Of a stretch of DNA of 64,000 nt, positions 11,404 to 24,510 are shown piece by piece. The DNA lies in NCBI RefSeq assembly GCF_009914755.1, contig NC_060934.1. One strand, written 5' to 3'. Source of the DNA: the human T2T-CHM13v2.0 reference genome, Homo sapiens. A program made the position numbers and the translations under genes. The notes under the pieces are model-generated. The model did not search any database. It saw only the letters and a program-made list of their open reading frames with translations, and was not told the origin of the DNA. Position 1 is the stretch's first letter. Every line of letters starts with the position of its first letter.

Positions 11404-12599
11404 CTTGAGTAAGTGTAGCAATTGTGGGATTTAGCGCCAAGAACTGAGTTCACGTGCAGGCGCCACCAGTTACTTACCAGGCCCACGACCTTGGGCAAGT
11501 CCTCCTCATCTCCATAAGCCTCATCTGCCAATGAGCGATGGTACCCTCCTGCCTGCAGAGGAGGGTCAGTGGTGCCAGCATCTAGCTTATCCCAAGCAGT
11601 CCAGGACAGAAGCTTTGGCCGGGGTGGAGTGGCAACTCTTTCCGTCACGTAGTGATGTTCAAGGCTCTCCTGACCCACCCCATTTACCTTCCAGCGCTGC
11701 CCCTGTCTACCTTGGTGGCCTGGTTTTTTGTGCTTTTCCAAATCCACCTGGCTGGGCAGTGGAGGGTATGGGGAGTCTACTCTGTTTTATTTGCAGAGCC
11801 TCCTGTCTGGACTGCTCCTTGCCCACACTCCCATCTCTCCTTGGCAGACTCACTCCTGCAGGTTAGATGTCATGCAGATTTCTTTGACCCCCCAGCTCCT
11901 CCCTTCCAACCTTTACTCTGTGATACCTTCAGTAGCTGCAATGACCTCTTGCACTATAGAGTTCTCTACAGTGTGCGAAGTCCTTTCACACCCATCACAC
12001 CCTGGAGAGCTCTTGAAAGGCCCTATTCCCATTTGCTAGATAGGAAAACAGAGGCTCAGAGGTACAACCATCCTAAGTTCCTGGGCTGAGGTCAGACCCA
12101 CATCGGGTAGGGGTGTAGACAGTGGCAGCAGAGAATGGTACCTAGGCTCCACCCTCGGCCGCCTCATCTTGCAGCATTTGGGAAAACTGGCTTTTCCCTT
12201 CTGGTAGAAAGCTCCAGCCCCTGGCCCAGGAGAGGTATGTGGGTTGCTGAAGAGGGCCTGGTAGAGCGCAGAGGTCCAGCCAGCTAGAGCAGACTAGCGC
12301 CCAGCCCTGCTTTTCCCCACAAGTGATGTGGCCCAGTTCACGTGGCTCGGCGGACTAGAGCCAGGTATACATGGCTCTGAAGTCTGGGGCAGAGGTGAGA
12401 AGGCCCTAGCTGGCCTGGGCTGCAACCGCAGGCAAAGGCTGGCCACAGATGAGAGGGGTATCGTGTCAGGGGCATGACAAACTGTTCCATATGGCTGGCA
12501 CTTCACAAAAGACACTCAAAACACTCTTGGTGGATGAGTGTGGAGGATGCTGGCAGATTGCGGCTGTGGACCGGGCTGAGGCATGGAGGTTTTCCAGCT

Positions 12600-12770
12600 C
12601 TGTTACCCCTTTCTTTGTGGCTTCTGATGAGCGACTTCATCTCTCTGTGCCCCATTTCCTCATCTGTAAAATGGGGAGAATATCCCTCTAGTTGGGAGGG
12701 ATTCAACGAAGTAAGCCATGGGCACTCTCACAGCCATGCCTGGAGCATGGTTAGTGCTTTCTGGCACTTT
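12600..12770 (+). mobile_element. MIR SINE
   Basis: Core tttcctcatctgtaaaatgggg. Confidence 0.75.
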
Positions 12771-13459
12771 CTAGCATGAAGAGTGGAGGTGGCAGTAGCG
12801 GGAGTGAGTAGGGGGTGGACTCCAGGGCTGTGGCCACACAGGAGGGTTTCCTCCACTGAGCAGCATGGTTGTGCGGTCTTTTAAGAGAAGGTGGAGAGGG
12901 AGATCAGGGATTGGGGTTGGGCTGGATTTGGATTTCATATGAGGCAATCCCAAACAGCTGTTGCTCAGAGCTCTGTGGGCAGCCACCTGGGGTGAGGGCT
13001 GCACTCTCCTCGCCAGCCCCTCCAGCCCCTGGTGTGTGGCTTTAGGCTGCCGGCATGCACACCCTAAGTTGTCAGTCAGCAGACTTCCAGGGTTACATAG
13101 GCGGTTTGGGGCTGGCCATGAAGACCTTGAATGCCAAGCCCAGCTCACAGCAGGCCTGGCCAGGGCCCAGCCCGTGGCCACACGGAGCTGGGATTCCAGG
13201 GTCCGCATATGGCATGCCTGTCAATCTTCAGCGCCAGCTGAGAATGCACACCTCTCCTCCCACTGCGTGAAATCTGTGGCCTGCAGCCCAGGCCCTCCAC
13301 CCCAGCCTCTGCAGCCTGCTATGACTCCACAACCCCCACCCAAGCCTGGATCTGGGAATCGTTTGCAGCTCACTGCTTATTCCTGCCCAAGGTAGGATGC
13401 CCCTCTAGGTCAGGAGGGTGGGACTGCTGTCCTGGTGGGCCCTCTGAGCAGGACTTGTG

Positions 13460-13770
13460 TTCAAGCCTCAGTCCCATTAAGAACTGCTGTGTGACCTTGG
13501 ACAAGTTGCTGCCCCTCTCTGAGCAGCTGTTTATTGGTCTGTAAAATCAGAGGATTGGGGTAGGTCAGGGATTACAAACTGCAGTCTTCAAGGGTGTCAA
13601 CAACCCATTGAAGTTGGGACTATCCTGTTGTACAAATGAGAAAACTCAAAGCACAGAGAGGTTAAGAAACTTAGCCAAGGTCACACAGGTTATAGTGGAG
13701 CTAGGACTCAGCCCAGTTTTATCTGACACCATAATATGTGTTTTCCCTACCACAACAAACTGCCTGTCAC
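13460..13770. mobile_element. Two adjacent MIR fragments, opposite orientation
   Basis: gctgtgtgaccttggacaagtt (+), then aaatgagaaaact..agagaggttaag..ccaaggtcacacag (-). Confidence 0.7.
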
Positions 13771-16700
13771 AGATACTTGCTTGTTTGCTGGGTGATCCAT
13801 TTTGTCCATCAGCCAGCTTGGTGTTGAACACTTCCTTGTGCTCCTGCACCGTGCTAGGCCCTGGTATCCAATAGTGAATCTTCAGTTGAGCTGGGAGAGC
13901 ACAGCTCCAGGTCCGGAGTTCTGAGTAGAGGTCACAGTCTCCAGTGCAGGGTTGCTAGGTAGGTGCAGCTCTTTCCTCATGCTGTAGGAGGCAGCCAGAG
14001 AAGACTTCCTGGTGGAGGGGTAAGGGGAGTGGGGTTCCTATACAGAGTGGAAGAGTAGGGTCTTCCTGGGGTCTCTGCACAACTGGGTGGCATGGGTCAG
14101 GGCAGTCCGGCTGGGGAGGAAGATTCATTCAGCCACAGCTGAGGCAGCCCCTGAGGGCCTTGAATGCTAGGCCACAGAGTTTGGCCATGAACCTGCAGGG
14201 AGTGGGGAGCTAAAAGAGACTGCAGGGCAGTGGCACCTCCTTTGTGAGAGCTAGGAGGGCTGGCCTCAGCTTGCAAGCTAGGGCAAGGGTGAGGTGTGGT
14301 CCAGTCTAAGACTTAGTTCACCCAGGAACTGTGGCAGCAGGAAGAGCAAGGTTGGAGGCTTGTCCACTGGCCGGACCTTCATGCTCCACCACGGCCTCTT
14401 CAGCAACCCAGGCACCTCTGCTGGACCAGGCGCTGGGGCTTTCTACCAAAAGGGAAAGCCAGTCTTCTCAAATGCTGCAAGATAAAGCGACCGACGATGG
14501 AGCCAGGTGCCACAATCTGCACACCTCCCCCAACCCCATCTGCCATGGGCCTGACCTCAGCTCAGAGCTTGGGGCAGGCGTTGCTCAGTGACACAGTGGG
14601 ATCAGAGAGGCTCAGAGACCAGCCCGGGGGCACACAGCATTCCTCATGGTGGGTACAGAGGCTAGAGCAGGTAGGCAGCATCTTTCCCAAGAGAGGTAGG
14701 TCTGGGTCTCCCTCTGGCCGTCCCAGGGTCCTGGACATGCTTCATGGATGGTGTGTGCTCACTCTGGTAGGAGTGTAAGGTTGTAAAGAGTTTCCTGGGT
14801 GTTACTTACTGAGGGCGCTTCTCCCTCCCACTGATGTTTGCCCCACTGGCTCTTTTTGAGCTCTGGAGTTTGTCTCTTTCTGGTTCATGAGCCACACACC
14901 CAGGCCACACATTGGGGCAGAGGACAGCCTTGGCCGTGCCTGTGTTCCTAGGTCTGAAGCCTCAGCGACCTTGCAGCAAGTAATAGACACTGGGTGGGGC
15001 CACAAGCGTGACATCTTTATTGGAATAAAAACAAAACCACAGCCTCTCTCTCGTGTTGGGAGGAGTGGTCTTTAGAAATCATTTTACCCACCCCACTCAT
15101 GGCACAGATGAGGAAACTGAGGCCCAGAGATAGGAGGGCATGCCCCAAGGTAGCCAACATGGCGCTTCAGGCTATCAGCTGAGTGCAGGGCCACACTAAA
15201 CTGTGTAGGCTACATGGGGGTGCAGAGGCTGGCAGGGGCAGGGACCAGCAGCAGCGATAGGAGCCTTCTATCTGCAGAAAGGCAGGACTGACCCTGAAGG
15301 GCCAAGGAAGCTCTGGGGACCTGTGGAGAGCCACCCAGAACTGGGACTGAGAGCTGCACGGGAACCCGCAGACCTGGCTCCGTGGAGCCGCATTTGTGTT
15401 CTGCCTCCTGCTGTGAGAGGTTCGCCACCACAAGCAAGGGCTTATCCTGTCATCCATTTACCCAGAGAGCCCCAGTGAGGCCGGGATTTGTAGGCCCAAT
15501 GGTCAGGGCTAGGGGCAACGCCTCAGAGTCAGGGCCTAGTGTGAGGCTTATAAGGGGCAAGGGAGTGAAGAAATAAAGTGGACTCAGGAAACCAGGGGCT
15601 GCCCTTCCCCTCATCAGCCCCCTCTGCCAAGGCTTAGCAGAGTGTCCAGCAGGCTCAACCATCTGGGAGGCTGCTGACCACAGGCAGCATGGCATTACCT
15701 AGGGCCAGGGTCTAGGGGCTCTGAAGGCCTCAGGGGTCAGGGAGAGCTTCCTGGAGGAGGTGAGTGCCAGCTGAGCCCCAAAGAATGACCAGACTGTGAA
15801 CCAAACTGAAAGCATTCCACGCAAAGGGAACAGCTGGGCCAAGACCCTGTGGCAGCCACACTGGGGCAGATAATGGGGGCTTTGTGGAGGCTAGGACTGC
15901 TCAGGGAAAGAAATGAGGCTGGAGGTGCCCCCGGGGGGTTGGAGACGGCAGAAGGAAAGAAGGTTATATTTTGCTTTTAACTTGCTAAATGCCCCTGAGT
16001 AGATCACTGCCCCACTTTTGTGCCTCAGTTTCCCTTTTATCTCCTCTGAGCTTCAGGCACCTGGGGAGCCACAGCAGGGAAGTGCCTCAGTGGAAGAGTC
16101 CGCTTCTGGAGGCTTTGAGCTGATGCTGGGGATATGAGCTGAGGGAAGTATGGGCTTCCCCAGCACCTCGGGGGCAGTTGGCCCAGAAGGCTGCTGCTGG
16201 ACCCAAGGCTTCTCCCCAGTGGAGGAGAGCTGACCTAAGATTTCTGGGGTTTGCCAGGCTGGACCAACCTGAGAGGATGAGGGATTAGGTCCCTGGGGCA
16301 GCCCCCACTACAGACTAAGGACCTGGGTCCCAGGATAAAATGAGAGATGCGCCTCCCTTCTCTTTGCTGTGACCAACTCCTTCTTTCCTCCTTCTGCCTC
16401 CTTCCCTCCTGCTGGGGACAGGGAGGGGACAATATTTATTCCTTCCCAAGGCTGCAGCTGACTGATACCCTGATGCAGAGGAAATGCCATGCCAGTGCCA
16501 GGCATGCTGCCGGCGCTCTGGGTGCCTGGTGCCCTCTCCAGGTGTGGCTCCTCCCCATAGCCCTGGGCTCGGCCGGTCTGTGTTTGCAGAGCCTCCACTG
16601 ACCTGCAGCGGCCTCTCTCTCATGCCTCTCCTATCAGCAGAGCGCCAGCCATGGGCTCCTTGGACTACAAGTCCCCGGGATTGCGCAAATTCCCCCAGCA

Positions 16701-18067
16701 GTTTGCACAGCAGCCAGCTCAGGCCCCGTCAGATGGCCCAGGTTCCTGCTCGGGAAGCCCATTCTTTTCTGGAATAATAAAGCAGCCACCCCACAGCAGG
16801 GGGTGGCAAGCTTCTCTTATCCTCACAACCCCTGACTCATGTCACCCTCATAATATCAAGTGGGCTGGGGCGGGGTGGGGAGGTGGGTGGCGTTTTCCAG
16901 AGGGGGAACTGGAGTCAGAGAAGAGAAGGCATGAGACTTGACCAGGGTCACACGGCCCAGCCAGGACTCCAACCAGGCCCCTGCTCAGCCTTTTTAGACC
17001 GAGCCAGTGTTTCCTGTTCAGGGCCATGCAGGAGGTGAGTCAGGAGCAGGCCCTTTGCAGGAGCTGCTGGGGGCCAGCAGGAGAGGCCACCAGTCTCTGT
17101 CTTCCCTCTTTGGCTCCAGCTGCTTTAATTGGCTGGGGCTGCCAGTGGCGCTGACATTTACCTGGTGGGAAGGAGGGCCTCCTCCCTCTTGAATTGAGAT
17201 GCTAAAAATAACAGGGCCCAGCTTCCCAGGGCCACTGCTCAGCCAGCGCCTGCCTGCCCCCTCAGCTACCTTTTTCCTGGGTGCTGGAAGCTAATTGCTT
17301 TGCAAGCATGCAGTTCCTTGCGCTGAGAACTTCCTAGGGATTGGGACAGGAGGCATTGCATGCTCAGCTTCTGAGTCTAAAGAGGGGTCTCTGCAAGACC
17401 TCCCTCCCCTCCAGGCAGCAGGGTGATGGTCTTCTGCCTCAGGTCTCCCTCCCCCTTTTCTCCCTGGGTGCAGTACCTGTCCAGGTTGACTACTCCACCC
17501 CTAGGTGCTTGGGTGCCTTCTTTGAGCTGCCAGAGTTTCCCCTGCTCTAAGAGAGGGGGCTCTGCCCTCCTTGGAGTTTTCTAGTACTCACCTCTCCCTG
17601 CACCATACTCGACCCAGACATATGCGGTGTGGCCCTCTGCCCTCATGCTGTTCATTTTGTCATACCAGCAACCAAGAGGAGCCCAGGCTTCGGAGCTGGA
17701 CAAGTTTAAATCCAGCTGTGTGACCATAGCACATTTCCAAGCCTCTCTTTTCTCATCTCAGAAATGGGCATGAATCTGACCTTTGCAGTGTTGTTGCAGA
17801 ATGAATCGCAGTGGGCAAAACATGCCTGATCAAGAGTGGAGCCCCTGGGGCCAGGAGGAGGCGTGTGTACATCATGGGGCGTTCCTTTCTCTTGCTGTGT
17901 AAATAGACCCTGGAACTCAAATAAATTAGATTGATTGGACCAGAAGGGGAAGGTCTTGAAGACCCAGGCTAAGGATTAGGGACTCAGTCTCCCTGAAAAC
18001 AGGGTATGCTTGCCAATCCCCAGGGCACCTCCAGAGTGGCCTGTGTGTTTGTCCAGTTCTTGCCCTG

Positions 18068-18080
18068 GGTCAGTGTGACC
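18068..18080. promoter_or_regulatory. Perfect palindromic estrogen response element
   Basis: GGTCA gtg TGACC. The motif is certain; function is untested. Confidence 0.55.
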
Positions 18081-18159
18081 ATAATCATTTTGACATTGGC
18101 CAGCATCTCCCGGGCTTTGGGATCATTCCAGTGGAAAAAGTAGTTTTCAGTGCTCTATG

Positions 18160-18575
18160 CTTGGCAGGTGTGAGAGCCTGGGCGTGCTTAACCCATCCAC
18201 ACCTCAATTTCCTCATCTGAAAATGGGGATGATAATACTTCCTTCCCCGTTAAGTATTGTAAGGATTAGATTAGCAACATATGCACAGTACTTAGAAAGT
18301 CTGGTGCAGGGTAACACTTGGTATGTGTTAGCTGGTACTCATAGTAGTAAGAATAGTCTAGCAGTTGGGAGTAATAACAGCAGCCACCTGCCGTTTGTTT
18401 AATGGTTTTTATCAGATGCTGTGCCGGATGCTAAGCACTTTAAGTACATTATTTAATGTCACTCTCCCCCACCTCCCAGCAACCATACACAAGGTACTGT
18501 TATAAGCTCTGAGTTCCAGATGAGGAAACTGAGACACAGAGAGTAGTTGAACTGAAAACCAGAGTTCAGCATCAG
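18160..18575. mobile_element. Two MIRs, opposite orientation
   Basis: tttcctcatctgaaaatggggatgataata (+) and cagatgaggaaactgagacacagagag (-). Confidence 0.8.
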
Positions 18576-18581
18576 CCCCAC

Positions 18582-18688
18582 TAGGGTGGCCGTCCAGATT
18601 GCCTGGGACCGTCCTGGTTTTAGCATGGAAAATTCTGTGTCCCAGAAACCTGTCACTTGTGGGCAAACCAGGATGGTTGACCACCCAA
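18582..18688. mobile_element. MER81 (hAT-Blackjack) MITE
   Basis: tagggtggcc...ggttttagca..gaaa...gggcaaaccaggatggttgaccaccc with terminal inverted repeats. Confidence 0.75.
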
Positions 18689-19924
18689 GGCCTGCCTGAG
18701 TCCACTGGCCCCACTCTGAAGCCCACAGGATCCTCTTCTTGGCGCAGGGGCTTGCTGGTGCAGTCGCTCGGCCCCTTCCCACACCTCATAGGCCCCTCCC
18801 CCAGCCAGATTGTGCCTGCCCATCCCCCAGGGCCTGGCTCCAGTCTCCTCTCTGGCTTCCTCTCTTCCCTCCCCTCTGCCAGCAGGAGGGGCATGACTCA
18901 TGCCTGGTGGGCTCTTTGCTCAAGGCTGTGACTGCAGTTGTCTGGTGGACTCTGAGCTGCCCCTCACCAGGCCTCAGTCTCCCTATTTGCACTGAGGGCT
19001 TTAGTGGCTTTGCTCCCAGCTTTCTGGAGACGTTCAGGAAACCTCTTCCTTGAAAGAGGGAGGGCAGAGCGAGCCCCTGCCCCCAGCCCTGGCCTGAGCA
19101 GTTGGGAGGGATCGCACTGGCCCTTCCGGTGCATTGATGGAGTGCACTGCTGACAAAGGAGAAAGGTCAGCAGGGGGACAGAGCGGAGTTGGTGGTGGCC
19201 TGCTGGCCTGCAGTGCCCTCCCACAAGATAGGGCTTCCTGGGGGAGGGGAGCAGTGCTCCCTGGGCTCTGGGTCAATTCATATTGATGCAGGCAGCTGCT
19301 GGTTCAGCAAAGCTGGGCATCCAAGCCCCCAGAGGGCTGCGGGGAGATGCCTAGGTCATCCTTGACACCTCACTTTCCCTGACCCCCACATCCAACAGTT
19401 GATTAGGCCCCCTTAACCATCTCTGGATCTGTGACCCTCTCAGCATCTCACCCCTGCTGGGGACCATCTTCCTGCTTCTGAATCCCTGAGCCCTTTCCAG
19501 CCCTCCCTGGCTTCCCCCATCACCTTGCATAAAGTCAGAATTTTGAGGCTGACATTAAGGCCCTTACTGAGCTCAGAAAGGCTGCCCAGAGCTGCCCAGG
19601 CCTTCCCTAATATCAGCCTTCTTGTGCCCTCCACCCTCCAACCCCAAGGTCATGTGAAAGGTCTGGGGACACCCTGAGTGCCAGGCCCAGCGCTGTCCAG
19701 TCAACACTCCAACCCTACCCAGTATACAGGGCTGAGCCTGCAGCAGAGCTGCAGCCAGGTGCCAAATGGATGCAGTGCCCCTGCCGTGCCCTTCTCAGAC
19801 TCCCCCTTGAGCTGCTGCCATGCGGTTGCCCAGTGGATCTCATGCCCCAGCTCCCAGAGGGCAGGAGTTATCTGTCTCCCCAGCACACATGCAGACCAAG
19901 ATGATGGCAGGAAAGCGCCATGGT

Positions 19925-20150
19925 TGGTGCATAGGCGCTGGGGTCATAATATGAGGGTCTGATTCCGGCTCCATCACTGACTAACCGTGTGACCTTGGGC
20001 AGTCACTTAACCTCTCGGTGCTTCAATGACATCATTTCTGAAATGTGGGTAATAATATTCTGTCCTTCACAGGATAGTGGGATTCAATAAAGTGACACTT
20101 ATGAAGTGTTTGCAGGGTCCCAGAACATTTTAAGGATCAGTAAAGTGAGC
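19925..20150 (+). mobile_element. MIR SINE
   Basis: gtgtgaccttgggcagtcacttaacctctc. Confidence 0.75.
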
Positions 20151-22339
20151 TCCCATCAGTCATCATCAGGCAGGTATCTATGAAATGAGCACCGTCTTCC
20201 AAATGGGGCCCTCCCAGTTCTTTGAAGGGTCCTTGCATTTTTGCCCGGATTGTTCCCTCTTTGTCTTCCTCCTGCTCTAGCATCCCGCTGCACCCCCGCC
20301 TGACATCTCCTGAGACTCCAGGAAGCCAGCCTGCCCTAGCCTTGCATTCTTGCCTAATCCACCCCATTGCCATGGAATGCCTTCAGGCTATGGCCAGGAG
20401 TTCTTCCCATGTCCCCCACAGCTCTGCACAGGTTCATGGACCACAGTGGATGCCTAATAAGAATTTGTTGGGTTGAACCGATATTCACCAAGCAAAGTCA
20501 CCTCCAAGAACAATGCAGCAATGACCAGCCAGGCCTCTGGGCCCATCCACAGCCCATTGAGGACATTTCTGAGACCAGTCCTGAGCTACTCTGTGCAGGA
20601 GAACAGCACGTGCCCACTCTGGCCTCTTCGGTGGCGGGGGATTGGGGATAGGTGGGGGTGGCACTGGGGCTCAGCAGCCACACTGGAAGGTTTTTCAGGG
20701 GGTTTATCTCCCTCTTCTCTGAGCTGTCGTGCCTGTTTTGTTTGCCTCGGTCCCTTCCCCACCCCCACAGTTCTCTGTTAAATTGTGTTATTATATTTAA
20801 ACAAATCAATTCCATTGCAGAGTTTTTCCTGTCCTAATGATGAGTTTGCAGCACAAATGCCATTGATTTCTCACAGCCCTGAAAACCAGTTGATGAATAG
20901 CACCAGGCTTGTCTTTGGAGAGGCACTTAGAGCAGCTCTGCATGGCCCCCTCTGCTTCTCCCCTGTGCTGTCCCCCTCATTCAGGACCCCACCTCCACCC
21001 CACACTCTGCTGCCCCCTGAGTTGGGGCTGAAGTCATGTGATAAAGGGAGACCCTCTGTGCTGGCCAGGGCTGGAATGTCATCGCAAGGGCCCGGCCCCT
21101 GTTCTGGTGGAACAATCATAGTGGAGATTTGTATTGATTTTGGCCAAAGGCACAACTTACAGAGCAGAGAAGTGGTGCGGTGTGATCTTTGTCTTCCCTT
21201 ACAAGTTCAGAGCGCGTTCCTGAGAGTGATGGCAGATAGCAGCTCAGACACCATTTCTAGACCTTGCCAGGGCTGCTGAAAGACCTTTGAGCACTGCTGT
21301 TTTAAAGGGAGGCTCCAGAGGTTTGAGAGCTGTCTGCACTGGGGAGTGTAAAACTTCCCTTTGTGAAATCCTTCAGAACCTGCAGTGTTCAAAGTCACGG
21401 TTAAACCACTACCCTGGGCTTTGACTTTCAGATCACTGCCACGTGCACGAGCTTCTCTGAGCTTTCTAATGACCCCGGGGCTTGGGTGGGCAGGTAATAT
21501 TGTTCCCCTTTAGAGGCCGGCAGACTGAGTCAGGGTAGTCACTGGAGAGAGGGAAGGGCTGCTTGTCCACTCCAAGTCCTGAGTGCAGCAGTGGCTCCCA
21601 TGTCTCCTCCTACAAGGGTAATACATGGCAGGGGAGCTACTCTGATCACCAGCCTTTTCGGCCGGGCTTTCTGTCTGTCTGAGCCCAGGTCCTCGTGCAG
21701 GTGTCTCCACTCAGCTGCTGCCTGCAGCATACCACACAAGCCTGTGTATTGGGCTGGAGTGAGGCAGCAGGGAGCAGCGAGGACTGTGGCATTCTGGAGA
21801 GTGCCTGCCCCACCTAAATTCCTAAAAGTTTGGACAACCCATGCCCGTAAAAGTATACTACATGGGATGAGACTGGGGGCCAAATTTGCTGCCTCTCCCC
21901 TATTCTAATTCAAGCCTTTGTTTTGGAGACTAGAATGTGTGGCCCAGAATTGGAAATGGCTCTTCAAGGTCACAGCACAAAGCAGTGGTGAGCTGGGGTT
22001 TGGGTCTGGGAGAAGGCGATGAGGCCCCACAGCCAGTGTTCTCTCCCCTCCCTCAGGCTTGGCGAGGCAGTGGGGTGGGGGCAGGGCCAGGGACTGTGTT
22101 CTAGGGAAGATGGGCCCCTCACCCCTGAGTTCAGGGGTAGCTCAGCAGGCCCCACTTCCCTTTTTTCTCCCTTCCTCCTTCCCTCCCATGCAGACAGACC
22201 TCCTGTCCCTGTAATCAGGTTAGCCTCCTGCTCCGATGAGCTGGACCAGCTGCCTCTTAATGACCTGTCGACCTGGCCCCCTCGCAGGCTCTGGGGTGGG
22301 GGAGGGGAAGCTAAGAAAAGAACGGTCGGTGGAAAGAGG

Positions 22340-22770
22340 CTGTCCACTCCCTTGATTCAGACCTTTCCACAGCTTCTAGGATCAAGTCCAAACCCTTAGA
22401 ATAGCATCCAAGACCCTGCTTGCTTCTCCAGCACCCACCCCCTAGTACACTCTTTTCCTGCAGTCACATGATGCTGTTTCCTACCTCCCTGCCTTTTCAC
22501 ATGCAGGTCCTTTGGCTACTTCCCACCTTCTCAGAAAACTCCTGTGCATCCTTCAAAACCCAATTTGTGCCTCTTCCTCAGGACTGCTTCCTCTGGGTTC
22601 CTGCCTCTGTACTCTCACAGCATTGGGTGCTCTGCTGGTCTGGAACTTATTCCCACTGTGTTGGCCTCCATTATTCCTGGATCTGGTTTCTCCGGAGTTC
22701 CGGGAGGAAAGGAAGAATATTCCCTTCCCTCTGCACCTCAGGGGTACAGCACAGAGAAGTGCTCAGTGAA
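22340..22770 (+). mobile_element. L2 LINE fragment
   Basis: aagtccaaaccctt..gcatccaagaccctg...catccttcaaaacccaat...cagcacagagaagtgctcagt. Confidence 0.6.
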
Positions 22771-23959
22771 AGTATAGGGCCAGCAAAGAAGAGAGAAGTA
22801 GGGACCAGGGAAGAGAAAGAGACAGACAAGAGTATAAAAACAGCTGCTCCCAGCCCCTCATACTGCCCTAGCCTGCTTCCTGCCAGGGAGGCCATTCCTA
22901 GCGACGCATGCCTGGCCTGAAATAGACACATGGGGACCTTGGTAGTGCATTTTCATAGCTCAACACTAAGCACCCCCCTCCCCCTTATTCCTTGGGCACT
23001 GAAGCTCCCTCTCCTCCCAGGGCCTTGCCTCTGCAGCCAAGACCCCTCCTCCAGCAGTGCCCAGACCTCACCCCTCTGTTTCTGTTAACTTTGTTTTATA
23101 AATAAATCATATAAATAGGCTCCTCTGATTCCTCGGAGCATGCAGTGTTTAAGGACTGGGGCATTGCCGCAGGCATAATTGTACTACCGAATCCATCAGC
23201 TGCCTAATTACCATTCATTTTGCATTTATTTCTGCTAATTAAAAAGAGAGAAACTCCTAACAACTTTTACATAAATACTATATTTGTTCTATGTAAAGAT
23301 GGATGCTAATTTGCTGGTGATTAGCTGATTATCGGATTTTATAGCTGTCACACAGGATGGCCCTCTCTCCCATTTGTACCCCGGACACCACTTGAGGCCC
23401 CTGATCAGATATGGGAGGAAGGGGTCAAGGGAGGCCCACCTGGGGGGTTCGAGGGCCTGTCTGAAGCCCGGGGTCACCAGGAGCACCAGATGCCACTGGG
23501 GCTCAGGGCGGGGTAGGGGGAAGGTGCTGCAGTCTGATTGGTGGAGCTGGGAGGAACCTGTGGCTCACTCACCGCTTCTGTATAGATGGAGAAACTGAGG
23601 CCCAGAGAGGCCTAGCACTTCCCAGCAAAACAGTGACCAGGGACAGAGTCAGACTGCTATTCTAGACTGGACTCCAGTGCCCATCCCACTGTTGTATGCT
23701 GTTGTCAGGAGGAATTTGCAGGGAGGTGGCTTTATCTGCTGCTGGAGAACTATGAGGACCAGACTCCAACTCATGCAGAGGAAAGGAGCACTTAGCCCAT
23801 GGCCCAAACTGAACCCTCTGTGTACCCTTCTGAAAACCTCCACCTCCTTCTACTTCCCTGGGCAGCCCTGGGCTTTGCCCCACGGCACCCTGACTGCACT
23901 TAGCTAGGCTTTCTCCCAACCTGGATTGAGACTTCCCCAGGACTGGCCTTGCACCCTGT

Positions 23960-24510
<551 letters not shown>

